Origin: Candidatus Amesbacteria bacterium RIFCSPLOWO2_01_FULL_48_25
Lineage (GTDB): Bacteria > Patescibacteriota > Microgenomatia > CAZETR01 > Amesbacteraceae
Assembly (NCBI GenBank): GCA_001773695.1
Contig: MEXN01000005.1
Coordinates: 3,687-67,686 of the forward strand
Direction: 5' to 3'
DNA length: 64,000 bases
Numbering within the stretch: the first letter of the stretch is position 1; each line of letters begins with the position of its first letter. The notes under the pieces are model-generated. The model was not told the DNA's origin and searched no databases. It was given only the letters and a program-made list of their open reading frames with translations. The translations under genes and the position numbers were made by a program. Positions 27,719-37,831 of the stretch are shown here, piece by piece.

Positions 27719-28945
27719 GTGGTTGTAAAGACGGGTGATCATGGATGTATGGAATTGGGGTCGGGATTGTTTAATCTGTCGGGGATGAGTTCGCCTGTGG
27801 CTATTGTGGACCAGGTGATTTCGGAGGCGATTCGGGTTACGGCGTCCGACATACTTTTGGAGCCGGAGGAGAAAGAAGTCCGGGTGAGATTGCGGGTGGA
27901 CGGGGTGTTGCAGACTTACGGGACGATGGCCCACGGGGCATATGACCAGGTGCTGTCGCGGATAAAAGTGCTGGGTAACATGGATGTGACGGAAAATAGA
28001 AAGCCCCAGGAGAGTAAGATCCGGGTGGAAGTGGAGGGACACCCGTATGTCCTGCGGGCGGGGATTGTTACTACTAATTTTGGCCAGATGGCGGCCTTGC
28101 GGGTGTTGGACTTGCCTCAGTATACACAGTTTACTCAATTGGGGGTGTCTGAGGCTTTAGCTTCTAAAATTAGAAGTAATATATCTGGTCGATACGGATT
28201 GTTTTTAGTGTGCGGGCCGACGGGGTCAGGGAAAACGACCACGGTTCACGCGTGCCTTAAGCACTTGAATACGGGCGAAGTAAATATCATGACAATTGAA
28301 GACCCGGTGGAATATGTCATGCCGGGGGTGAACCAAATTGAGGTGGGAGAAGATGTGGGATTGGATTTTGTCCGGGGTTTGCGGCAAATATTGCGACTGA
28401 ACCCGGATATAGTTTTTGTGGGGGAGATTAGGGACGCGGAGACGGCTAAAATTGCGGTTCAGGCGTCTCTTACGGGCCATCTGGTGATTTCCACAATTCA
28501 TGGGAGAAATAGTGTGGGGGCGATTTATAGACTTTTGGACTTGGGAATAGACCGATTTATGATCAACTATGCTTTGCGGGCGGTGGTGTCGCAGCGGTTG
28601 ATGCGGCGGATATGTGAGCATTGTAGGGAAGATTATCGGGCGACGCCTGAGGAGTTGGCTCTGTATGCCCGAGAGACGGGCAAAAAACCATTGCAGCTCT
28701 TAACAGGCCGCGGCTGTGAAATGTGCCACCAGAGCCGGTTTCGCGGCCGGGTGGGGATATATGAGATGCTGGAGATGGACGAGGAGACGCGCCAGCTGAT
28801 TTTTTCGGGAGCGGATGAAGAAGTGTTTAAAAAGGAGCTACTTAGGAAAGGGTTTAAGACTATGAACGAAGAGGGAATAAGACTGGTGGACGAAGGAGTG
28901 ACGTCCATCCCCGAGTTTATCCGGACGATGTATGATGCCAGATGA
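27719..28945 (+). CDS. type II/IV secretion-system ATPase (PilB/GspE/PilT family), compact form lacking the long N-terminal domains
   Basis: Walker A 'CGPTGSGKTTT', Asp box, Walker B 'IVFVGEIRD', His box, tetracysteine 'CEHC...CEMC'. Confidence 0.8.
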   Translation: MVVKTGDHGCMELGSGLFNLSGMSSPVAIVDQVISEAIRVTASDILLEPEEKEVRVRLRVDGVLQTYGTMAHGAYDQVLSRIKVLGNMDVTENRKPQESKIRVEVEGHPYVLRAGIVTTNFGQMAALRVLDLPQYTQFTQLGVSEALASKIRSNISGRYGLFLVCGPTGSGKTTTVHACLKHLNTGEVNIMTIEDPVEYVMPGVNQIEVGEDVGLDFVRGLRQILRLNPDIVFVGEIRDAETAKIAVQASLTGHLVISTIHGRNSVGAIYRLLDLGIDRFMINYALRAVVSQRLMRRICEHCREDYRATPEELALYARETGKKPLQLLTGRGCEMCHQSRFRGRVGIYEMLEMDEETRQLIFSGADEEVFKKELLRKGFKTMNEEGIRLVDEGVTSIPEFIRTMYDAR

Positions 28946-29502
28946 GCGCTTGGGTTGACATGTTTAATCCTATAGTCTATACTGGGGCGGATGGGTAAGT
29001 CTGAACGGGGTTATGATGCAGAGCAAAAGGCGAGAGAGGCTGCCACTAAGGCAGTATGGAGGGCTCGGGCTCGTGAGGAAGCAGTGGGGTTTGTTGTCAA
29101 CTCGGTGGCATTTGGAGCGGCCGCAACTTTGTGTGTGGCGGGAAGAACTTGAGGGCATACAAACGCGGCCGAAATGGCTGCAGGTGCAGCGTTGGGATGT
29201 GCTTTTAACATTATGAAACATGTCAGGGAATTGAGGTTTATTGGAAAAGAGAAGTTCGAAGGTTCTGTGCTGGCCGATTTAGTGTTTACTGCTGGGCCAC
29301 TTGGTGTGGCGATGGTTGGTGTGGGGTTTCAGGCATATGAGGTGTTTTTGCGCCATCAATATTCGTATTTTTGGTCAGGACTGATCTTTGCATTGGGAGC
29401 CGATATGGGATTGAGTGGAGCGACCCACAGTTTATTTGGGATAGCGAAGTTAGAGGAAGACTAGTGGCGGAGCGAGGGTAAATTGCTGATTTGGTGAGGT
29501 GA

Positions 29503-29576
29503 GCCTGGGCTGGGAATCGGACCCAGGACCTCATTCTTACCAAGAATGCGTTCTGCCACTGAACTACCCAGGCTGG
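29503..29576 (-). tRNA. tRNA-Thr (anticodon GGU)
   Basis: minus-strand read: GCCTGGG-TA-GTTCAGTGGCAGAAC-G-CATTC-TTGGTAA-GAATG-AGGTC-CTGGG-TCCGATT-CCCAG-CCCAGGC-T; cloverleaf folds by eye; coordinates +/- 2 nt. Confidence 0.65.
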
Positions 29577-29626
29577 TGGATTTGATTTTACGGGGGGGGA
29601 GGGGTTTTGGGAAGAGGAGAGAGATT

Positions 29627-32329
29627 TTAATTCGTGACGAAGAACCAAACTTTGGCTACACCAGAGGCTCGGTTTTGGATGCCGCTTGGTCCACATATTA
29701 AAGGAATGTTGCATGTGGTTAAGTGGGTTTCAGAATCATCCGAGGTGGCAGCGATGGAATGCCAGCCATTTTGAAGTTTATTAAGATCGATTAGGACAGG
29801 CTGGAGTGATGTTATATTCCCAGGTTGAGCTAGAAGCACTAAACCAGCGCGGGCTTGAACCTGGGGCCAAGTTCCGGTCGCGGGAATAGCGTGACTTTTG
29901 TCCATTGCAATTGTGAGTTTGCTACTAGTTTCTTGAGAGGCTCTTGCTCGGAAGGTATAACCTGATGGGTAAGCACTCTTTGAAAGTGGCCTAAGAGGCA
30001 CACAGTCTATCACGGCGACAGTATATCCGGCGTCTGTATACCAACCTCTTCCTGAAAAAGACGAATATCTAGTTGATCCGGGGCCGGGATTATTACAAAG
30101 CATTTGACCAGTAACAGCGTCGGCGTGGGCCGTGTCTGATGTACTACCATTTGCTACTTGAAAAGGAACTGCGCTGGAATTGAGGAATTCCTTGCCGTCA
30201 AGAGTATGTGAAACCGAGCGGAGTCTGAATTCGTGCCATTGATTACTCAAGCTGTTGGTATCAAAGTTTACATCGAAGTTAAATGCACAGTTTGTGCTAA
30301 TTGAACCGTCGTATGGACATCTGGTATTTGTACTAACATAACGTCTTGTATGACTTTCGTCATAAACCTCGACCGTTGATAAAGTACTAGGGTTATCGTG
30401 CATGACGATACGGATGTTGAAGTTCATGGTTCCTGTAACCTGTTGACCCAAAGGAACATTAGCGGCCCAGTGCACATGTCCGTAACTTGGCATCCACCAG
30501 CCTTGCAGTTCGATTGGAATTCTTCTTTGATCAAAAGCTACTTGGCCATTGACAAGGTAAGGGGGCGACTCGGCACACCAGAGGCCACCGCAGTCTGATG
30601 TTGACCCGGGTGGGGGGTTTGGAAAGGTGCCGGGGGGGAGAGTGGGGCCGGGGGTGGAGGTGGGACCAGATGTCGGAATGGGGGTGGGGGTACGAGTAGG
30701 TGTGGGGATACTAGTGGTGGGGGTAGGACCGGTAGAAGTCGGGGTGGGGGAAGAGGGGGGAGAGGGAAGGAAATTGACACGCCAGATGAGGTAGTCAACC
30801 CCATTGACCATTGAGTCGGTGTTGAAGTCGGCTGGCGAAGTAGTTAGGCCGTAGTCGCGAGCCCAAAGGCCCAGATCTACTAGATCCACATCCCCATCGT
30901 GATCGGCGTCACCTGGGAGAAATGAGGAGGTGGGGGCGGGGGATCCGGTAGGAACGGAAGTGGGGGTTGGGGTGGAGAGAGGATTGCCGGAGATGGGAGT
31001 ATTCATGACGGATTGGATTTCGGTGGATGATAACTCGCGGTTGTAAATTCGAACCTCGTCGATGATGCCGGAGAAGAAATCGTTAAAGCTGGAACCCGAT
31101 GGATGAGCACCAATATATATAGTGTCGGTGACCGAGCTAGGTTGGGCCCCAAAGGGAGAGGCGAAAGTAGTGCCCATCCATGTGCCGTCGAGATAAGCTC
31201 GGAGATTGCCGGTGCCATCATAAGTTACCGCCAGATGGTGCCATTGGTTATTGGGAATTGTGCCGGACCAGATATCATCCCGGGTGCCGTCGTAGAAGCC
31301 GACTTGGCCGTTGGCCAGGAAAAAGTGACGGTTGGGGCCGACGGAGACGATGGTTTCCCGAGAGCTGTTAGTGGGATTGTTGATCCAGGCCATAAAGGTG
31401 TAGGGGAGGATAGTAACGGAAGAGTCCTGGGTGCGGCTGGAAGTGCCGTTGAATGATAGGCCATTTGAAAACTTGCCGGTAGTCCAGGTAGTGTTGGAGA
31501 GGGCGGCGTGGCGGGAGTTGCCGGAGGTATCAAAAGCGGTGGTGCCGGAGCCTTCGTTGAAACTGTATGCGGCTAGTTGGTCTGGAGCGGCAGAGTCGGT
31601 ATTGTATTGGTCGGATTTGGCCCACCAGATGAAAGTTGCACTTCCGGGGAAGTCGGCGCGGGGATGGTCGGAGTTGGCGAAGGAATGAATTTGGGCGGCT
31701 TGGGTGTCTGACAAGGTTCCGGTTCCGGCGGCAACCCAATAATAATCGGAATTAGGCTGGCGACCTGAGCCTTGGACAAGGGTAGACCCGATTAGAAACG
31801 GCGCTTGGGCAGGTATGGAGCTGGTAGAGGTGGTAACGAACTGATTTCCATCAACACTGATTTTTAGTTGGGTGGGAGTCCAGGCGGCGATAATGGTTTT
31901 GGTATCGCCGATGCTGAAGGATTGAGTAGCTGATGCGTGGATAGTGCCGCCGGAGCCACTGTTGCGGGCGAAGTGAAACTGATCCGTTCCGACGTCGTAA
32001 TACACAAAGAGGTCCTTGGGGTCAGATTCGCTCATGTCCCAGATGATGGGGTCTGGGGAAAGAGTAGTAGTTGAGGGGAAGCCCACTTTCATTCTCACTG
32101 CGACCCAGCCTTGGGTGGGGTTTATGAGATTTGTTTCCGGGAGCTGGGCGGAGTCGCTACTGCGGGAGATATTGGCGCTGGAGTCGGCGTTGTAAGTGAC
32201 GCCAGAGGTACATAGTGAGCCCGGAGTAGTACAAGACGTTTGGGCCAGAGCGATTTGTGGAGAGAAAAGCTGGGATAAAAGCATGAGGAGACCCGCTAAA
32301 CCTAGGGCAAATACGAGTATCGTTCTCAT
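29627..32329 (-). CDS. giant secreted protein: tandem LamG/concanavalin-like lectin domains, internal dockerin, Pro/Thr linker, C-terminal unknown domain
   Basis: signal peptide; LamG-like 'WINNPTNSSRETIVSVG...WHHLAVTYDGTGNLRAYLDG...IDEVRIYNRELSSTEIQ'; dockerin 'GDADHDGDVDLVDLGLWARDYG...FNTDSMVNGVDYLIW'; PTPT linkers. Confidence 0.7.
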   Translation of the reverse strand: MRTILVFALGLAGLLMLLSQLFSPQIALAQTSCTTPGSLCTSGVTYNADSSANISRSSDSAQLPETNLINPTQGWVAVRMKVGFPSTTTLSPDPIIWDMSESDPKDLFVYYDVGTDQFHFARNSGSGGTIHASATQSFSIGDTKTIIAAWTPTQLKISVDGNQFVTTSTSSIPAQAPFLIGSTLVQGSGRQPNSDYYWVAAGTGTLSDTQAAQIHSFANSDHPRADFPGSATFIWWAKSDQYNTDSAAPDQLAAYSFNEGSGTTAFDTSGNSRHAALSNTTWTTGKFSNGLSFNGTSSRTQDSSVTILPYTFMAWINNPTNSSRETIVSVGPNRHFFLANGQVGFYDGTRDDIWSGTIPNNQWHHLAVTYDGTGNLRAYLDGTWMGTTFASPFGAQPSSVTDTIYIGAHPSGSSFNDFFSGIIDEVRIYNRELSSTEIQSVMNTPISGNPLSTPTPTSVPTGSPAPTSSFLPGDADHDGDVDLVDLGLWARDYGLTTSPADFNTDSMVNGVDYLIWRVNFLPSPPSSPTPTSTGPTPTTSIPTPTRTPTPIPTSGPTSTPGPTLPPGTFPNPPPGSTSDCGGLWCAESPPYLVNGQVAFDQRRIPIELQGWWMPSYGHVHWAANVPLGQQVTGTMNFNIRIVMHDNPSTLSTVEVYDESHTRRYVSTNTRCPYDGSISTNCAFNFDVNFDTNSLSNQWHEFRLRSVSHTLDGKEFLNSSAVPFQVANGSTSDTAHADAVTGQMLCNNPGPGSTRYSSFSGRGWYTDAGYTVAVIDCVPLRPLSKSAYPSGYTFRARASQETSSKLTIAMDKSHAIPATGTWPQVQARAGLVLLAQPGNITSLQPVLIDLNKLQNGWHSIAATSDDSETHLTTCNIPLICGPSGIQNRASGVAKVWFFVTN

Positions 32330-32379
32330 TTGGAGTATCTCTTAAGTAAAAAGGTTTTTGGGGGGAGAGTCAAGAGGGG

Positions 32380-34818
32380 TTACTGTCTGATGGTTCCGGT
32401 GACGGGATCGTAGCCGCCCTGGATGAATTCGTAGTCGGACCAGGGGATGGAGCTGAGAGCGCTGAAGGTCAGGCCCAGATTTTGCCACGCGGTTTTATTT
32501 AACTCAAGCTGTACCCGGTTTCCTGCGCCGGTGTTGTCTCCTACAGTGCAGCCGTAAGTTTGAAGGGCCCTGGCTATTACTAGGGCGGGTGGGGTTAGGC
32601 CTTTGGTTGAGAGATTTACACTGGGTTTGATGCGGGCGACAATGCCTTCGGGGACGATGCCGCCTTTGGCACCTTCGTCACCGGACATCGGCCAGTAGTG
32701 GTTGGCGTAATTGGTTCCAGTGGCCCACCAGAAGCACTCCAGGCGGTGGTTGATGGCGCCGGCTTGGACCTCGTCCACCCGGATGGCGCGGGCGGGGGGA
32801 GGGATACCTCGGTGACCGAAATTTAAGACTGTGGTATAGCCGGTGACTCCGAAAGCTAGGCCATTGGAGTCCAGAACGTAATGCTTGAATGATGCATAAG
32901 ACCAGGAGTTGCTGGTGCTGTTGTATACGGCTTTCCACATTTCTATGACCTGGTTCCAGCCCCGATCGTAGACGATGAGCGCTCCGTCAGAGCCCGATGC
33001 TGGTTTGGCGCCAAGAGGGATACGGTAAGGGATGGTAACAGTGACGGGATTGTTGGTGACTGGGTCTATGTAGGTGTAGTTGTAGTTATAGGTGGGGTCG
33101 GAGGCGGTAGCCCAGTAGATGGGGTAGCCAAAGTCTTGGAGAGCGTCGGGGGCGGCGGTAAGCCCAAGATAGTCGAGATTCTCCGAAGATGTTTGGCTAT
33201 CTGTAATATAGGTGGAGCTGTGAATATCGATGGGAGCATTGGCCGGCATGGGGACGTTCCAGTAACTGTCGTTGGTGTGGGAGCGATAGACGGAGCCTAC
33301 TGGTGGAGGAGTGGGAGTGGGGCCTGATGGAGTGGGGGTAGGAGTCGGGGTGCGGGTGGGAGTGGGGCCGGTAGTGGTGGGGGTAGGAGTAGTGGGAGGA
33401 GAGGGGGCGGGGAGGAAATTGGTGCGCCAGATGAGGTAGTCGAGGCCGTTGACTGTAGAATCCGAGTTGAAGTTAGCCGGGGAGATGGACAGACCGTAAT
33501 CCCGGGCCCATAATCCCAGATCACCTAGGTCTACGTCCCCGTCATGGTCGGCGTCACCAGGGGGGAACGAAGTGGAGGAAGTGGAGATGACCAGGGCCGG
33601 GCGGCAGCTGGGAATGGCAGTGGGACAGGTGGCTTCGGAAGAGTAAATATCCAGGCCGTCAATGTCGGTCTGGTCCAGGCCGACAGAGTAATAATTACCC
33701 CGGTTGGCAGAGACAGAAGAAGTGATGTCGATTAGTTTAGTTTCGCCAAGGGTTCCCCCGGGGTTGGTAGCCAGAACTGTTCCTAGGGGGTAACTGGTGG
33801 AATTGGAGTAAGTTAGAGTGCTTTCGGACCAAGAGGAATTGGAAATGAATTTAACCGATTGGGTGGAAGTGGAGTCTGAGTTTGTGGCCTGGGAAACGGT
33901 AAGCCGGAGTTTGGCCGAGGTAATGGTGGTGTTACTTAGATTTCTCAGGTCAAACTTGAGAAATGAGATTTTAGTGGTGGGTGAAGCATCTACTCCCAAG
34001 ACACCGCTTGAACCATAGTTTGAGGAAGGGCTGCCCGAGTCCACGTAAGTGTCTTCAATTGCTGTAAGAGTAAATGTACCTCCGGGTGGAAGTGTGGGGG
34101 TGGGAGTAGGTGCGGTCGAGGAAATGGTGATATTGAGTTGGGAAGTGGGGGCCGCCAAGATATCTTCGACGGTGGTTGCGGCGGTGACATTGGAGTCGGT
34201 GGTTGAGGAGAGGGAAGTGAAGACGAATTTGATGGGATTGGTTCCGGCGGGAGCGGTAGATTTGACCTGGAAAGTGAAAGTGGCCACATCGACAGTGGAA
34301 CCATTGGTGGAGTAGGCGGCGGTGGGGGCATTGGCACCCCAGTTGAAGCGAACAAAGCCGAATTCGGCAACGCCCCGACCGGAGGGGCAACCAGACGAGC
34401 CGCCGTTGTTGGCACAATTTATGACCCTTAACAAATCGAATGTTCCTGTACTGGTGACGGGGGCAAAGGTGGCCGAGGTGGAGTTGAGGTTGGTGTCTCC
34501 AGTGGGATTGATGGTGATACCGGTTAAGGAGAGCTGGTCGGCGTTGAAGCTGGTTAGGATGTCGCTGCCGGATATGGATTGGGTGTTGGTATTGAGCCTG
34601 ACGGTGACGGGAAATGAGTTACCGGGTGAGTAGGTGGTTGGGGAAAGAGGGGCAAAGGTGAGGGTGGCCGTGTCGGCGAGGGCGGCTTTCTTTTTGAAGA
34701 GCTGGGTTTGACGGACCGCAGTCAAGCCGAGAAATAAACCCAGAAGGAGAAGGAGGATGATAAACAGACCGCGGCGATTGTTGGGCATAAGATGAAAACT
34801 GTTAGGGCCAGGTAACAC
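32380..34818 (-). CDS. giant N-terminally anchored surface protein with internal dockerin and Pro/Thr linker; C-terminal domain of unknown function
   Basis: TM 'LFIILLLLLGLFLGL'; dockerin 'GDADHDGDVDLGDLGLWARDYG...FNSDSTVNGLDYLIW' near-identical to that of 29627..32329; PTPT linker. Confidence 0.65.
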   Translation of the reverse strand: MLPGPNSFHLMPNNRRGLFIILLLLLGLFLGLTAVRQTQLFKKKAALADTATLTFAPLSPTTYSPGNSFPVTVRLNTNTQSISGSDILTSFNADQLSLTGITINPTGDTNLNSTSATFAPVTSTGTFDLLRVINCANNGGSSGCPSGRGVAEFGFVRFNWGANAPTAAYSTNGSTVDVATFTFQVKSTAPAGTNPIKFVFTSLSSTTDSNVTAATTVEDILAAPTSQLNITISSTAPTPTPTLPPGGTFTLTAIEDTYVDSGSPSSNYGSSGVLGVDASPTTKISFLKFDLRNLSNTTITSAKLRLTVSQATNSDSTSTQSVKFISNSSWSESTLTYSNSTSYPLGTVLATNPGGTLGETKLIDITSSVSANRGNYYSVGLDQTDIDGLDIYSSEATCPTAIPSCRPALVISTSSTSFPPGDADHDGDVDLGDLGLWARDYGLSISPANFNSDSTVNGLDYLIWRTNFLPAPSPPTTPTPTTTGPTPTRTPTPTPTPSGPTPTPPPVGSVYRSHTNDSYWNVPMPANAPIDIHSSTYITDSQTSSENLDYLGLTAAPDALQDFGYPIYWATASDPTYNYNYTYIDPVTNNPVTVTIPYRIPLGAKPASGSDGALIVYDRGWNQVIEMWKAVYNSTSNSWSYASFKHYVLDSNGLAFGVTGYTTVLNFGHRGIPPPARAIRVDEVQAGAINHRLECFWWATGTNYANHYWPMSGDEGAKGGIVPEGIVARIKPSVNLSTKGLTPPALVIARALQTYGCTVGDNTGAGNRVQLELNKTAWQNLGLTFSALSSIPWSDYEFIQGGYDPVTGTIRQ

Positions 34819-37786
34819 TTGCAGAACAAGATTCGTAGAAAGTGGTGGCTAGAATGTAGGGACTTGCTATTATATTGCCACTGAAAAGGAAGACCAGATC
34901 TTTGGTTTGTCCGACGGCGGTAACCCTGTTACCCGTCGACCAGGAGCTAATTGTGGCTGTGCAAACACCCGTGGTTGAATTGCATGACCCGGTTGAGCCT
35001 GTCCAAATAATCACACCAGCAAGGGTAATCTTTTGAAGTTGGCCTTTATAGTACGGCCAGGTGAGAGAAATGCTGGAAATTGTGGCATTAGCTGTGGATT
35101 TTGTTGGGTCATTAAATATCCTGGAGTAAAAGCTGTTTCCGCCCGCTCCTTGGGAAGTCAGGTTGACGTAGCAGACAGGGATAGGGGTGGGGGTGGGAGG
35201 AGCTGGGGTTGGGGTGCGGGTGGGAGTAGGAGGGATGGGAGTAGGGGTGCGGGTGGGAGTAGGGGCTGTTGTGGTGGCAGTGGGAGAGAGGGTGGGGGAT
35301 GGGGTGGAAGCGGGGAGAGGACCGGCGAGGGAGGCGAAATCAAGGGAATTGACTTTGAAGTCCCCATTTTGGTCCAGGATTGAGCTGAGCCAGGAGAGAA
35401 GGAGATTTTTGATGGTGGCGATGGGGGTGGGTGAGATGGTTGGTCCCAGGCTGGTTAATACAGCTCCGTCGTCATAAATCAAACCAACCCCGGGAGCATA
35501 GCGCTTGGTACTGGGGGGAGTTTCATTTACCAATAAGACATTGTTGAAGGTGCCAGCGGGAACTGTATATGTCCCAAATGATATGTGTAGAGCCCGATCT
35601 TCAGCGAATCCTGGAGCAAATTCTTGATAATAAGACTGGCCTACTGCTGGAGAGGCCGGCATGATTATACCCGGCCTGAAATTTGGGTGAGCTGGATCGT
35701 CATAAGCAATCCAGGAGCCTGCTATGGGATTTCCGTTGCCGTCGAACACATCCTCGCCATAGTAGCAGACGGTGCCATTGGGGGCCTGAACAAACCAGTT
35801 ATTCGATACTTCAACAAGAGTACCATTTAGCCACTCTCTCTCCTCTATCACGCGGGTGGTTATGCCGCCTATAACTTTTGTTTGATTTAAGACACTGAAC
35901 TGAACCTTAAGTCCTCCACCTTCGAGTATGTGTACCAGGCCGACTGGCAGGGGGAAGTAGGGATTGTTGATGTTAAGAGAGAAAGGACCGTTGGCGCGGT
36001 CGCAGACGGCAATATCGATCTCGCCCGTTGAAGGCTGAGTGGGAGTGGGAGCACCTGAAGGAGTGGGAGTGGGAGGAATTGGAGTTGGGGTTCGGGTGGG
36101 AGTAGGGCCGGAGGTGGGTGAGGGACCGGGAGTGTTGGTGGGTCCAACACCGCCAGAATTTAGGGTAATGGTATCGCGGTTAACTCCTGTTTGGTCAATA
36201 TAGCTGGCAGTCATGGTGTCGCCATTGACCTGGAAATATAGAAAACCGGCGTCGGAGTCGCCGGAAGCCGATTTGGCGGCACAGCCCGGACCAGGACTGG
36301 TAGAAGTGCAACTGGAAGAGCCACTTTTACCACCATTCCCGATAGTATAGGCCTGGACGTTGGGGTAAAAACCGGGTTTTCGGTTCCAGCGTTCGAAAAC
36401 GTGGGAGTGGCCCCAAAGAACCAGATCGGCTCCGGCATCGGAGGCCATGCGAATTAAGTTGTCTATGATAGCTGTATTTGTGGAGTGAGATCCGGCAGAC
36501 CAGCCGTTGTGGTGCCAATAGACGACCTTCCAAGGCTGGTTTGAGGTAATCAAGTTATTGTAAGCCCAGGCTACCTGGGGATCGGAAGCGGAAGGATTGG
36601 TAGCATTGTAAGCGTAGCTACTGTTGGAATTTAGGGCTACGAAGTGAACGTTGCCATAATCAAACGCGTAAGTTGATATTTGGGACGACATTTTTCCTCC
36701 ACCGGGTAGACTATGGTCGGCCATTACCGTGGGGCAAGAAGTCTCGTGATTGCCGCAGGTGACGTAAAAAGGAGAGAACGACATCGTATTTTGGCCGGGA
36801 GAGGCATCAGAGTAGCGATCGAAATAAAGAGTATTGTTGTTACTAAAACTGGTGCTGTATGGGTAAGCGATGTCGCCGGCAACTATGGTCACATCCGGTC
36901 TTTTGGCAAAAACTTGTTTGGCAACGTTATTTTGGCGGGTGCCGTTGTCGCCAGAATCTCCCCAAATGGCCCAGGTGAAGGGGGTGGATGAGCCGACGGC
37001 GGGAGGAGTTTTGAAATAGTGGTTGGGATCACCGGCCGGGGTTAAGGCCGTTCCTGTGGTAGTGGTAACTTGATAGTAATATGAGGTGTTTGGAGCCAGG
37101 CCGGTGATTTTGGCGTGGTTATTATTCCCGCCGGTACAAGGAAAGCTGGAGTTGTTACCGCAATTTATTAACTGCTCGGCGTCACTAGTCACTTGGCTGC
37201 CGTAAGAAGTCGTCAATCCGTACTTGACGATGAGCTGGTTCTGGGTATTGGTTACCCATCTGAAATCATATGAAGCGGTGGTGGCTTTTTGTAAAAAAAC
37301 CTTTCTGGTGAGGTTTGCGGAACCAGGAATTGGTGTCGGGGTTGGGATTGGGGTATTTGTTGGAACGAGGGTGGGGACGGGGGTGTTGGTAGGGACGGTT
37401 TGGTTTGTTAAACACAAGCAATTTGTCCACTGAACTTCGTGCCTATCGATTGCCCCAGCCGGGCAATATATGGTGCCTTGGGTATTTTCGATAAAGTTAG
37501 AGCAGGTACCACTCAATTCAATGCATGAATTATTTGTTGAATCCCTGGCGAAGTACTTGTTGTTTGATGCAGACGAGTCGGTGCCAACATCATAGCATTG
37601 AAATCCGTATCCTTGGTTTGCGCATACGTCATTACATGTAGCCCCATTAGAAGTCGGACCTGCCTCACCTCCATTGAAAACTACTCTTGAGGTGGTTTGT
37701 GACAGGACCGGTCTTGGTAGAAGTATTAGGAGGAGGAAGAGGGTGAGGATGAACGAGAATTTTTTGGACATTATAGTTAGATTCAA
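34802..37786 (-). CDS. giant secreted protein containing an FN3 + purple-acid-phosphatase-type metallophosphoesterase domain, Cys-rich N-domain, Pro/Thr linkers and a half-dockerin-like segment
   Basis: metallophosphatase motifs 'WGDSGDN', 'GDIAYP', 'GNHE', 'VYWHHNGWS', 'WGHSHVFER'; signal peptide; 'DQNGDFKVNSLDFASL' dockerin-like half site. Confidence 0.7.
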   Translation of the reverse strand: MNLTIMSKKFSFILTLFLLLILLPRPVLSQTTSRVVFNGGEAGPTSNGATCNDVCANQGYGFQCYDVGTDSSASNNKYFARDSTNNSCIELSGTCSNFIENTQGTIYCPAGAIDRHEVQWTNCLCLTNQTVPTNTPVPTLVPTNTPIPTPTPIPGSANLTRKVFLQKATTASYDFRWVTNTQNQLIVKYGLTTSYGSQVTSDAEQLINCGNNSSFPCTGGNNNHAKITGLAPNTSYYYQVTTTTGTALTPAGDPNHYFKTPPAVGSSTPFTWAIWGDSGDNGTRQNNVAKQVFAKRPDVTIVAGDIAYPYSTSFSNNNTLYFDRYSDASPGQNTMSFSPFYVTCGNHETSCPTVMADHSLPGGGKMSSQISTYAFDYGNVHFVALNSNSSYAYNATNPSASDPQVAWAYNNLITSNQPWKVVYWHHNGWSAGSHSTNTAIIDNLIRMASDAGADLVLWGHSHVFERWNRKPGFYPNVQAYTIGNGGKSGSSSCTSTSPGPGCAAKSASGDSDAGFLYFQVNGDTMTASYIDQTGVNRDTITLNSGGVGPTNTPGPSPTSGPTPTRTPTPIPPTPTPSGAPTPTQPSTGEIDIAVCDRANGPFSLNINNPYFPLPVGLVHILEGGGLKVQFSVLNQTKVIGGITTRVIEEREWLNGTLVEVSNNWFVQAPNGTVCYYGEDVFDGNGNPIAGSWIAYDDPAHPNFRPGIIMPASPAVGQSYYQEFAPGFAEDRALHISFGTYTVPAGTFNNVLLVNETPPSTKRYAPGVGLIYDDGAVLTSLGPTISPTPIATIKNLLLSWLSSILDQNGDFKVNSLDFASLAGPLPASTPSPTLSPTATTTAPTPTRTPTPIPPTPTRTPTPAPPTPTPIPVCYVNLTSQGAGGNSFYSRIFNDPTKSTANATISSISLTWPYYKGQLQKITLAGVIIWTGSTGSCNSTTGVCTATISSWSTGNRVTAVGQTKDLVFLFSGNIIASPYILATTFYESCSASVTWP

Positions 37787-37831
37787 TAATCGTTCTTGAC
37801 AGGGTTGTTTGTCAAGGACTAGGATGAAAAG

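Noticed and set aside
29580-29626. G-run 'ACGGGGGGGGAGGGGTTTTGGGAAG' next to tRNA-Thr
   Set aside because: No partner arm for a palindrome and no repeat elsewhere. Likely just the promoter-distal spacer between the tRNA and the giant protein gene.
30538-36150. Many Pro-rich ORFs antisense to the giant surface-protein genes (for example 30538..30804, 33297..33524, 35158..35367, 35887..36150)
   Set aside because: They are reverse-complement readings of the Pro/Thr-linker-encoding repeats (CCN/ACN-rich) of the real minus-strand genes. These are low-complexity artefacts.
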